A stretch of 64,000 nucleotides of DNA. It comes from a virus. Below the pieces are notes generated by a model that made no database searches, had not been told where the DNA came from, and worked only from the letters and a program-made list of their open reading frames with translations. The DNA is taken from IMG/VR virus record IMGVR_UViG_3300021475_000010, positions 6,173 through 70,172 of that record; one strand, written 5' to 3'. Each line of letters opens with the position of its first letter. The stretch's first letter is position 1. Positions 6,897 to 14,568 of this stretch are shown in pieces. The position numbers and the translations under genes are program-made.

Positions 6897-7906
6897 CAGA
6901 AGCCCTCCAACTCATCGCAGACCTCATCCTCTGCGGCTACCTCACCCCCATACCTCGCCACCGCTCCTGTCACCAGCGAGCGCCACTCCTGCACCGCCTT
7001 GCCTTCCCCGCGTCGGCGCTGACCCGCGCCACGCTGACCGAGCTTATAGATGAACAGCTCTCGCATCGGAGCGAGTGCAGCGTTGATGCCGACATGCCCT
7101 TCGGCCGCAGCCTTTACCAGCTGAGCGATGCCTAGCTTGGCCGCCTCATGCATCGAGCCGCCATTGCTCATGCCGTCCAGGACCCGCACGCCGATCGACT
7201 CAACATACCTGCACGGCTCGCCGACCCCATAGTCGATCAGCCACTGGCGCGCGGAGCCATCGAAGCTGCTCTCATTCCATCGCTCGTTGTCTCCGCCGGC
7301 CAGCCCGGTGAGGTAGTCGCACCACTCAGTAGGCAGTACCGACATATGCTGCGGAGTAGGCAGCTTGTCGAATGCGCGCATTTCCTTGAACGTATCGACT
7401 TGCCTGTACCAGCGGTACTGCCCGCCATTGCGATGTACCGACGGCGAGCAGATCACATACCGCTCATACCAGGTGATCATGTCGATGTCGACCGCAGCCT
7501 GAGACGGCCACGCACACGACACATAATCACCCGGCACGATGAACAGCCGGATACCGCTCACGCCGTCCGTCCGCGAGGTCGATACGAACGTCCCAGGTAG
7601 CGGGCCCAGCTTATCCTGCAGATCGCCTAGCGAATCGCCGCCATACTTGTCGTCGTACTCGTCTACATCCAGGCCCACGATCCACCGCGGCAGCCTGAGA
7701 GCTATGTTGGATCGGGCATACCTGTTAGCCCACATCCTGTTCGTCGTGTCGTCAGGCCAGACACCTTCGCGCCCGTGATACCCGCGTACCATAGGCTGCT
7801 TGTCCCTGACTCCGCCCTTCCAGATGGGCAGCGCTTCAGGCCATCCTGCCTTCACGTACCTAAGCGCGGCTTGTCCGTACGGACCTGTCCTTTCTTCGAG
7901 GCTCAT
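6896..7906 (-). CDS. bifunctional DNA primase/polymerase (Prim-Pol)
   Basis: ALRYVKAGW..LPI, NIALRL...VGLDVD, STSR..SGIRLF, YVICSPSVH. Confidence 0.9.
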   Translation of the reverse strand: MSLEERTGPYGQAALRYVKAGWPEALPIWKGGVRDKQPMVRGYHGREGVWPDDTTNRMWANRYARSNIALRLPRWIVGLDVDEYDDKYGGDSLGDLQDKLGPLPGTFVSTSRTDGVSGIRLFIVPGDYVSCAWPSQAAVDIDMITWYERYVICSPSVHRNGGQYRWYRQVDTFKEMRAFDKLPTPQHMSVLPTEWCDYLTGLAGGDNERWNESSFDGSARQWLIDYGVGEPCRYVESIGVRVLDGMSNGGSMHEAAKLGIAQLVKAAAEGHVGINAALAPMRELFIYKLGQRGAGQRRRGEGKAVQEWRSLVTGAVARYGGEVAAEDEVCDELEGF

Positions 7907-7910
7907 TCAG

Positions 7911-8156
7911 TTATCTCCTTGTTTGCAGAGCTGCCCTCACAGCCCTGACCCCGGCCCCGGAAAACTCCGGGTAGCGCGCTACTCGAAAGTAGGGTAGAAT
8001 CACGGTAGTGGCACCCCTCCTTAGTAGGTTGCCCAGTCTGCCGGACCCTGCCTTCCGCGCGACTGCACCGTAGGGCCCACCAGGTGTCGCGTTCCCCTGG
8101 TGGGCCCAGGTCGCAATTGAGGCCTGGACCAGCAAGCTGGTTTGGTCATGTCTCAT
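7911..8156 (-). CDS. possible leader ORF upstream of the Prim-Pol
   Basis: 81-aa ORF whose stop lies 4 nt before the Prim-Pol ATG; the protein sequence is unconvincing. Confidence 0.25.
   Translation of the reverse strand: MRHDQTSLLVQASIATWAHQGNATPGGPYGAVARKAGSGRLGNLLRRGATTVILPYFRVARYPEFSGAGVRAVRAALQTRR
7972..8000 (+). promoter_or_regulatory. putative promoter TAGCGC-N17-TAGAAT (antisense to the Prim-Pol leader)
   Basis: Matches the promoter family with 17-bp spacing. Confidence 0.6.
8007..8110 (+). ncRNA. putative ~100-nt counter-transcribed small RNA
   Basis: Lies between promoter 7972-8000 and a perfect 12-bp hairpin GGGCCCACCAGG/CCTGGTGGGCCC (8073-8107). Confidence 0.4.
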
Positions 8157-8181
8157 TCGGGCGAACGGACGTAACCTCCCT

Positions 8182-8210
8182 AGCCTACTACGGACGGGGC
8201 CGCTACGCTA
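8182..8210 (-). promoter_or_regulatory. putative promoter TAGCGT-N17-TAGGCT for the Prim-Pol operon
   Basis: Matches the promoter family with 17-bp spacing. Confidence 0.6.
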
Positions 8211-8217
8211 GACCACG

Positions 8218-9105
8218 ATGAAGGCAGGCATTGTGAGCAACAGCATATACGTCATGGGCGTCGACCCAGGCTTCACTTCCGGGGTCACCATTATCGGTGT
8301 ACCCTATCTCTCCATGTACGGGAACAGCCCGTACCATCGCAGCTACTTCGAGATGTTCGAAGTGTCCGGCAATTACGCCTCTCAGGCCCTCGAAATTGTG
8401 GATGCTACACGCGAGTTCTTCCCGCTCGCACTGGTCGTCGAGTCATTCTATCCGGCCAAGCCAATCACTAGCGAAGAGTACCTCAGCCCCGTCCATGTTG
8501 GCGACCGTATCGCCTTCTGCGTTGAGACTCACTACGTCCTCTGCCCCTTCTTCTGGCAGACGCCATCCCAGGCAATGGAGACGGCACCGGACTCTCGCCT
8601 GAAGCTCTGGAACCTATACAAGCCAGGCCCGGACCACATGAAGGATAGCACACGCCATGTCGTGACCTTCCTTCGACGCTGCCGCGAAGACACTCAGCTC
8701 CGCGACTCCGCATGGGGACCAGCCCAGGCCCGGACGCGCCCTGCAAAGCGGGGTTCCCGTCGCTCCCCGCGTCGGTTATACTTAACGTACGGACGCGCGA
8801 ACGGAAGGCAGACAACAGAGATGCTCCATACGGATAAGACAGACCAGGCACACAGGCTGCTCAGGAGCTACGCCCACACGCCAGGGCAGCAGCAGCAAGT
8901 CGATGAGACGTACGTCGACATCCTTGCTGACACCGACAACGAGGACACAGCGATCATGCACCTGGTCGGCCTCGTCCTCGACGGCATCCGGTTCGGCAAC
9001 TGGTTCTGGAACATGCCGCCTAATGCACAGACGGTCAGGTGCCCGGAGCACGGACACTCACATGCATACGGAGAGTCCCGCAGCCCGCGCAAGGGGCAGT
9101 ACTGA
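8218..9105 (+). CDS. RuvC-like Holliday junction resolvase, in frame with a probable separate downstream gene (8821-9105)
   Basis: MGVDPG..SG, LVVESF, QTPSQAM, HMKDSTRH motifs in the first ~165 aa; true start possibly GTG 8233. Confidence 0.75.
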   Translation: MKAGIVSNSIYVMGVDPGFTSGVTIIGVPYLSMYGNSPYHRSYFEMFEVSGNYASQALEIVDATREFFPLALVVESFYPAKPITSEEYLSPVHVGDRIAFCVETHYVLCPFFWQTPSQAMETAPDSRLKLWNLYKPGPDHMKDSTRHVVTFLRRCREDTQLRDSAWGPAQARTRPAKRGSRRSPRRLYLTYGRANGRQTTEMLHTDKTDQAHRLLRSYAHTPGQQQQVDETYVDILADTDNEDTAIMHLVGLVLDGIRFGNWFWNMPPNAQTVRCPEHGHSHAYGESRSPRKGQY

Positions 9106-9377
9106 TGGTCCGTCCATACATGGTAGCACTGCCCGAAGTGTTCCCCTACCTCATACGTGGTCCTCTCCACTCGATCGAGGGCATCGTCACCATGCTGATG
9201 CGTGGCGGCGTCGGCTGCCCTAACGGCTCATCGTTTGCCCTGACCAGTGAGGGCCCATCTGGCTACCGCTATCTCTACCTCAGCGAGGCCAGCTACAAGA
9301 CGCTGCTCGACGCCCACATCGTGCCCGGCTTGTTCCAGGTCGAGGTCAAGGAGGAAGCTACCAATGGGTCTGACTGA
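9105..9377 (+). CDS. hypothetical protein
   Basis: TGATG coupling. Confidence 0.55.
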   Translation: MVRPYMVALPEVFPYLIRGPLHSIEGIVTMLMRGGVGCPNGSSFALTSEGPSGYRYLYLSEASYKTLLDAHIVPGLFQVEVKEEATNGSD

Positions 9378-9549
9378 AGAGGACTTCAAGTGCATCTGTG
9401 GCGAAGAGTTCGACTCCATGGAGCTGCTCCAAGCGCACTGGGCGGACGTCACAGCCAAGCCTACCGGCAAGCTGCACTACCGACTCATCAGCATGGCCGG
9501 TGAATTCGAGTTCCCGCCCAAGTCAGAGAAGTCCAAGCCTAAGGAGTGA
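9364..9549 (+). CDS. small C2H2-like zinc-finger protein
   Basis: AAGGAGG RBS; FKCICGEEFDSMELLQAH. Confidence 0.6.
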   Translation: MGLTEEDFKCICGEEFDSMELLQAHWADVTAKPTGKLHYRLISMAGEFEFPPKSEKSKPKE

Positions 9550-9767
9550 AGATGAGCGTGGTCCGTGACTGGTGGCTAGACAATCGCAAGTGCTGCTGCG
9601 GTCACGCGCGCTCTCCTCACCGTCACTACCGCTCCAGGAGCAACAGGCTATACCTAGAGTGCTCGACGTGCGACCCTGGCGTATGCGAACACTTCCAATG
9701 GCGACTATTCAAGTGGGTTTACTTATGGACATCTACGGACCGTACGTCGTCACGGCGTACAAGGTAG
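9546..9767 (+). CDS. small Cys/His-rich protein
   Basis: CCCGH...H.H...C..C....C..F pattern. Confidence 0.5.
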   Translation: MKMSVVRDWWLDNRKCCCGHARSPHRHYRSRSNRLYLECSTCDPGVCEHFQWRLFKWVYLWTSTDRTSSRRTR

Positions 9768-9934
9768 ACAGGCAGATCAAGGATGCCGGGCTCCATCACT
9801 TCGGCCCGTTCGAGAGTGAAGACGAAGCCCAGACATTCGCAGACACAGTGGCCTCCCATCCCGAATGGGAGCTGAGCGAGGTCCCAGTCCTCAACAAGCC
9901 AGAGGTATTCGGCACGGGTGAAGAGAGACTCTGA
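9725..9934 (+). CDS. hypothetical protein
   Basis: MDIYG...FGPFESEDEAQTFA. Confidence 0.6.
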   Translation: MDIYGPYVVTAYKVDRQIKDAGLHHFGPFESEDEAQTFADTVASHPEWELSEVPVLNKPEVFGTGEERL

Positions 9935-10326
9935 TGCAACCTGACTGGCCGGCGTGGGCCATGGTCCTCGCCGTAGCACTTGTCCTCACCATAATCTTCT
10001 TCGTCCGACGCGAATACAGGAGGCGTCCCCTTGCTCCCCAAGAGGTTGGACTGGTGGATAGCACACCACCTAGGCGAGGACTTCTACACCTTCCTATGGT
10101 ATCTCCATCTCGTACGCAACGAGCCCCCGCCGACGAAATGCCGTGGAACAGACCGCCAAGGAGATCCACCCGCATGAAGATATATCTCGTCACGGTCGCG
10201 GACCAGGCTGTCATCAATGCTCTCGACGCGGCCATCGAGAGTGATGAGCCGCTCTTCATCGGAGACACGACCAACCACGGCCCGATCGCTGAGATTCAGG
10301 AGTACGTGAATGTCGACAGCCCCTAG
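9934..10326 (+). CDS. hypothetical membrane-anchored protein
   Basis: N-terminal TM helix; possible internal start at 10174. Confidence 0.5.
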   Translation: MQPDWPAWAMVLAVALVLTIIFFVRREYRRRPLAPQEVGLVDSTPPRRGLLHLPMVSPSRTQRAPADEMPWNRPPRRSTRMKIYLVTVADQAVINALDAAIESDEPLFIGDTTNHGPIAEIQEYVNVDSP

Positions 10327-11512
10327 GGCGGGCGTCCTGCTCGACCGCGACGGCACGATCATTGTCGACTATCACTACGTCGGCCACATCGAGCGTGTCC
10401 AGTTCATCCCAGGCGCCATCGAGGCAATTAGGCGCTTCAACGAGGCAGGCATCCCCGTCGCCATTGTCACGAACCAAGGCGGCGTAGCTCGCGGCTTCTA
10501 TCCAGAAGACAATGTCATGGAGGTTCATAGCTACATCCAGCGCATACTAGCGCAGCAGAACGCCTGGATCGACCTGTTCCTGTACAGTCCGTACCACCCG
10601 GACGCTAACACGGACAAGTACAGGGGCAACGACATCTGGCACAAGCCGAACGCTGGTATGGCACGCGCAGCAGCGCGGAGTCTCAGCCTCGACCTCACGC
10701 AATGCTTCGTCGTTGGAGACCGGCCTACCGATGTCGAGATGGCGCGCCGGATCGGAGCCACGGCAATCTACCTCGGCGCGGAGCCTATACCGTTCTACCA
10801 CTACGCTAACGAACAGACCGTATCATTCAAATCACTAGGTGACGCAGCAACCTACATCATCGAGAGGATCACGGGTATGTCTCACAGCGAGTTCCCGACC
10901 ATGCGGTACTCAGGTGTCATCAGCTTCTTCCAGCACTACTCCGACGAGATCACCTCCACGCTCAGCCAGGTCAACAAGTTCGAGGTCGAGCTGGCAGTCG
11001 AGCACCTGTACAAGGCGTACAGCGATGGCTCCGCAGTCTGGGTCGCCGGCAACGGCGGAGCTGCAGCTATCGCGGACCACATGGCGACCGATCACGCCAA
11101 GCACATGGCCGCGACCGACACGCTGTTCCATAACGTGCACAGCCTTGCGGCGAACAACGTACTCTCCACGGCACTCGCCAACGACATCGGCTATGACGCC
11201 GTGTTCTCTTGGCAGCTCGAACAGTTCGGCGTCAAGGGTGACGTGTTCGTCGTGTTCTCCGTATCCGGCGAGAGCAAGAACATCATCCGCGGCCTCCAGG
11301 CAGCCAAAGAGCTAGGCATGGTCTCCATCGCCATCGTCGGCGGCGAGGCCGTCACCATCAAGGACGCGAACCTGGCCAACGTAACCATCACCATCCCGGC
11401 AACGAACTACGGCGTGGTCGAGGATGTCATGTCGATCATCCAGCACGCCCTCGCTCAGTACATCAGACAGACACAGATGACCGACAAGCAGATCCAGTCC
11501 GCTAGGTTCTAG
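10310..11512 (+). CDS. gmhB-gmhA: fused D,D-heptose-1,7-bisphosphate phosphatase (HAD IIIA) / phosphoheptose isomerase (SIS)
   Basis: LLDRDGTI, VTNQGGVARG, KPNAGM, VGDRPTD; then AGNGG...ADH, TALANDIGY..VF..QL, FSVSGESKNII. Confidence 0.92.
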   Translation: MSTAPRAGVLLDRDGTIIVDYHYVGHIERVQFIPGAIEAIRRFNEAGIPVAIVTNQGGVARGFYPEDNVMEVHSYIQRILAQQNAWIDLFLYSPYHPDANTDKYRGNDIWHKPNAGMARAAARSLSLDLTQCFVVGDRPTDVEMARRIGATAIYLGAEPIPFYHYANEQTVSFKSLGDAATYIIERITGMSHSEFPTMRYSGVISFFQHYSDEITSTLSQVNKFEVELAVEHLYKAYSDGSAVWVAGNGGAAAIADHMATDHAKHMAATDTLFHNVHSLAANNVLSTALANDIGYDAVFSWQLEQFGVKGDVFVVFSVSGESKNIIRGLQAAKELGMVSIAIVGGEAVTIKDANLANVTITIPATNYGVVEDVMSIIQHALAQYIRQTQMTDKQIQSARF

Positions 11513-11513
11513 C

Positions 11514-11648
11514 ATGGACGGCCACTGTCAAAAGTGGGCCGCCCTCGGCTACTGGGCTGGCGTCGTAGCGTTCGCAGTATCCCCCAACACCACCGGCCTC
11601 ATCGTCGGCTGGGTCATCTGTCAAATAACCGCAGCAATAGCAGGATAG
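11514..11648 (+). CDS. small membrane protein (not in ORF track)
   Basis: MDGHCQKWAALGYWAGVVAFAV... fills the intergenic gap. Confidence 0.4.
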   Translation: MDGHCQKWAALGYWAGVVAFAVSPNTTGLIVGWVICQITAAIAG

Positions 11649-11655
11649 GATCAAC

Positions 11656-12507
11656 ATGCCTGACGAAGTCATTATCGAGAGCCAGACCATGATGAATGGT
11701 GAGCTTATCATCGACCATGAGAACGGGGTCGCCACGTTCAAGGACGGCTGGGGCCGTACCATACTCCGCGTCACGCACCTGCCGACGCCAGTGCCACTCG
11801 ACGTAGGCATCGACCTTGTAGCGATCAGCAACGTGACCAGCTACACGCCGCTCACGATGCGAGAGCTGGCGCCACCGATAGGCATTCCTCGTCACACCGA
11901 GTCATTCAAGGAGTGGCTGGACGACGGCATCGTGCCGGTCGCACAACACCGGGAAAAGTCAGCGCTGGCAGAGTGGCTGGAACGTCAGAGCGGAGAGGGC
12001 ATGGTCAAGTTCGACCTGCCGTGCCCGATCTGCCGCAAGGCTCACGTCTCGGCCGACTTCACCAAGTGGGGTCCGTACACACTCGTCAAGGATCACGAGT
12101 ACATCATCTGGACCCGGACCAGCCAGCAGAAATACGCGCACCGCGGTCGCATGCAGTTCCTCGGCCAGGGCCCCAGCGACTTCAAGTACCAGCTCACCTT
12201 CAACGCACGCGGCCCGGATCGCTCAACCGATGACCAGTTCGGCGGCACGCAGATGCTCGATGCGCGGAACATCGTCAGGCTGGAAGAGGTCGAGCGCGAC
12301 CCCAGCAAGCGCTACGTCGATGAGACAGACCGAGACATGAAGAGGGAGTTATGTCTAAGAGCGAGGACCCGGAATGGCACAACGACGACATCCACGTCAT
12401 GTGGCGGCCTCCACCTCGCTGCATTACCTGCGGAGGTCACCGAGTGCCCAGCGTTAGAGGCAGGCGTCCGATCGCGACGCACAAGCTCTGGTGCTGGGCC
12501 TGGCTAG
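11656..12507 (+). CDS. hypothetical protein
   Basis: Long GC3-rich ORF; possible internal start at 12001. Confidence 0.65.
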   Translation: MPDEVIIESQTMMNGELIIDHENGVATFKDGWGRTILRVTHLPTPVPLDVGIDLVAISNVTSYTPLTMRELAPPIGIPRHTESFKEWLDDGIVPVAQHREKSALAEWLERQSGEGMVKFDLPCPICRKAHVSADFTKWGPYTLVKDHEYIIWTRTSQQKYAHRGRMQFLGQGPSDFKYQLTFNARGPDRSTDDQFGGTQMLDARNIVRLEEVERDPSKRYVDETDRDMKRELCLRARTRNGTTTTSTSCGGLHLAALPAEVTECPALEAGVRSRRTSSGAGPG

Positions 12508-12668
12508 CAGAGCTACCGATGCGCTGGCTCGCCCGTAGCCTACGCAAGCGTGACTCCCGAACCTGGGACATGGAAGAGGATGTGCCGACAGTTGAGTTCG
12601 GCACCCACATCCATGAACAGCTCGAACAGTACTACAGGGACATGGGCAAGGAACTAGGCCCGGAATGA
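12351..12668 (+). CDS. hypothetical protein
   Basis: GGGGAG RBS; CITC...H...C. Confidence 0.55.
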   Translation: MSKSEDPEWHNDDIHVMWRPPPRCITCGGHRVPSVRGRRPIATHKLWCWAWLAELPMRWLARSLRKRDSRTWDMEEDVPTVEFGTHIHEQLEQYYRDMGKELGPE

Positions 12669-12856
12669 ACAAGACTCAAATCCTCATCCTGCTGCGCGGG
12701 ATACACGAGAAGAATCGCAAGCTCCGCGCCGGCACACGTGACCACTTCAACTCAGGCAGATGGGATTCAGAACAGAACGGCAAGGTGGCCGCCCGCCTGC
12801 TTGACGAGATTATCGACCTCGCGACTACAGCGAGGCAGGAACTTACCTTAGCATAA
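12665..12856 (+). CDS. hypothetical protein
   Basis: ATGA coupling. Confidence 0.55.
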   Translation: MNKTQILILLRGIHEKNRKLRAGTRDHFNSGRWDSEQNGKVAARLLDEIIDLATTARQELTLA

Positions 12857-12876
12857 AACGACCTAAACGGTCCGAA

Positions 12877-12889
12877 CGTACGGTATACT
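12877..12889 (+). promoter_or_regulatory. putative promoter -10 region CGTACGG-TATACT
   Basis: Same extended -10 as 22202-22214, 32697-32709 and 62799-62811; no clear -35. Confidence 0.6.
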
Positions 12890-12960
12890 AGACGCTAGCG
12901 GGACGCGCCCGCGAGGCTGGTCAACGGGACCGGCGGAAGTACCAGGCGAGAAGAGACGAA

Positions 12961-13734
12961 ATGGCATTCAAATGCGGCCATTGTCGAGAGCGACATGACA
13001 CGTTCGCGGAAGGACGCGAGTGTGCCGAGCGCAAGAGGCAGGCAAGGGGCGACGACAGCCCCGCTACACCCGACTTCCTCAAGGAGGATGTCGACGCGCA
13101 GACCGAGCACATGCGGTCGGGCGCGCAGAAGTTCCTTGGCGATCTGCTGAGGCAGTTCGGGCTCGTGCTCACCAATGACATGACCCCAGAGACTATCCCC
13201 TGGCAGGACGGCAAGAAGATACTTGCGGGCCTGATCGACGCGCGGCGTCTCAAGTCCTCAAGCAAGCCCTACTCCCTCCCTGATGGCGTCCTCCATGACC
13301 CCAGGGCCAGAACCGCTCCGGGCAGCGTCAAGCGCCCTACTCAAAGACTCCCTGACTGCGCGCCCGGCTACTACGCCGTGCCTGACTGGACCGGCAAGGA
13401 AGAGCTGAAGTTCTTCTGGGTCAAGGTCAAGAAGGGCACCGGCCCGTACGCGGGCTGGACGTTCATCGACCAAGTTGTCGGCGGTCACGTCGACCAGCCC
13501 TGCCGAGGCAAGTTCGCAGTCCAGGCAATCAACGCCATCCTTGACTTCGGTGTCGAGGACGCCGGTATGCTCTACGCGACCAGGCTAAAGCACTGCTGGA
13601 AGTGTAACAAGCATCTGACCAAGAAGGCGAGCCGCATCCTCAACATGGGGCGGCACTGCGCCTACCAGAACGGCAAGGGCGAAGACTGGGACGCCCTCAA
13701 CGCAACCTACCATGATGAGGACGCAGATGACTAA
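12961..13734 (+). CDS. DUF6011-like zinc-binding protein
   Basis: N-terminal CGHC...H......C; PGYYAV; C-terminal CWKCNKHLT...SR...MGRHC. Confidence 0.75.
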   Translation: MAFKCGHCRERHDTFAEGRECAERKRQARGDDSPATPDFLKEDVDAQTEHMRSGAQKFLGDLLRQFGLVLTNDMTPETIPWQDGKKILAGLIDARRLKSSSKPYSLPDGVLHDPRARTAPGSVKRPTQRLPDCAPGYYAVPDWTGKEELKFFWVKVKKGTGPYAGWTFIDQVVGGHVDQPCRGKFAVQAINAILDFGVEDAGMLYATRLKHCWKCNKHLTKKASRILNMGRHCAYQNGKGEDWDALNATYHDEDADD

Positions 13735-14200
13735 CAACGAGTCAAACACCGAGGCCCGCGACCGTGGCTACAAGGACGGCGAGGCCGGCAGCGAGCCGAC
13801 CCCAGCTCACGACCAGGCCGACCAGCGCCACGAGGCGTACATGGACGGCTACCGCCTCGGCGCTATGGTCTACCGCCATGACCATGAGCAGGACAAGGAG
13901 CTGGACATCATCTGGCCCATCGATGAAGAGGACGTCACCATCAAGGTCACTCGTCAGGCTGGTGACATCTTCGTCATCGATGATGTCAACTCAGATCGGA
14001 AGCTGACCCTGTCATGGAACCATGGCATCGGCAGCGACCCGAGCCGTCTGCTCTTCAACGGCCAGGACATCGAGACTGAGGACTACATGGGTTACCTCGG
14101 CCTCATGGACACGGTAGTTGAGGCACTCGGCGCCAAGGGCGTCGGCACTGTCCTCATGACCGATGAGGCAGTCACCGTTCTCGATGACGTAGAGTCCTGA
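13727..14200 (+). CDS. hypothetical protein
   Basis: GAGG RBS; RGYKDG...AYMDGY motif. Confidence 0.65.
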   Translation: MTNNESNTEARDRGYKDGEAGSEPTPAHDQADQRHEAYMDGYRLGAMVYRHDHEQDKELDIIWPIDEEDVTIKVTRQAGDIFVIDDVNSDRKLTLSWNHGIGSDPSRLLFNGQDIETEDYMGYLGLMDTVVEALGAKGVGTVLMTDEAVTVLDDVES

Positions 14201-14360
14201 TGATTGATGATCCGTTCCCAGGGCACCCAGACCCTCAGTGCAAGCACTGCTATGCCCGAAAGAGTCTGACGGGCAAATGGTACTGGCCCTGGGACGACGA
14301 CCCGAGCGACAGCCATCTCCCAATGGACCACCAGCACGAGGCAAGGGGAGGCGACACGGT

Positions 14361-14567
14361 ATGATACTCCACATCAGCCACGGCGCTGGCGACGGCGACG
14401 GCCATTACGACTGGTTCGTCGTACACCCGCTCGCGGGCGAGACAGAGAAGTCGATCGTCAACACAGACATCACTCACGAGATGGCTCTCGAATCTCTGCT
14501 AGGCGCGGGCCGTGTCGTCTTCGAGGTCGACCTTGTCAACAAGACTGTGACCCAAAAGGTTCGGTGA
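14361..14567 (+). CDS. hypothetical protein
   Basis: GGAGG RBS; MILHISHG... Confidence 0.55.
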   Translation: MILHISHGAGDGDGHYDWFVVHPLAGETEKSIVNTDITHEMALESLLGAGRVVFEVDLVNKTVTQKVR

Positions 14568-14568
14568 C

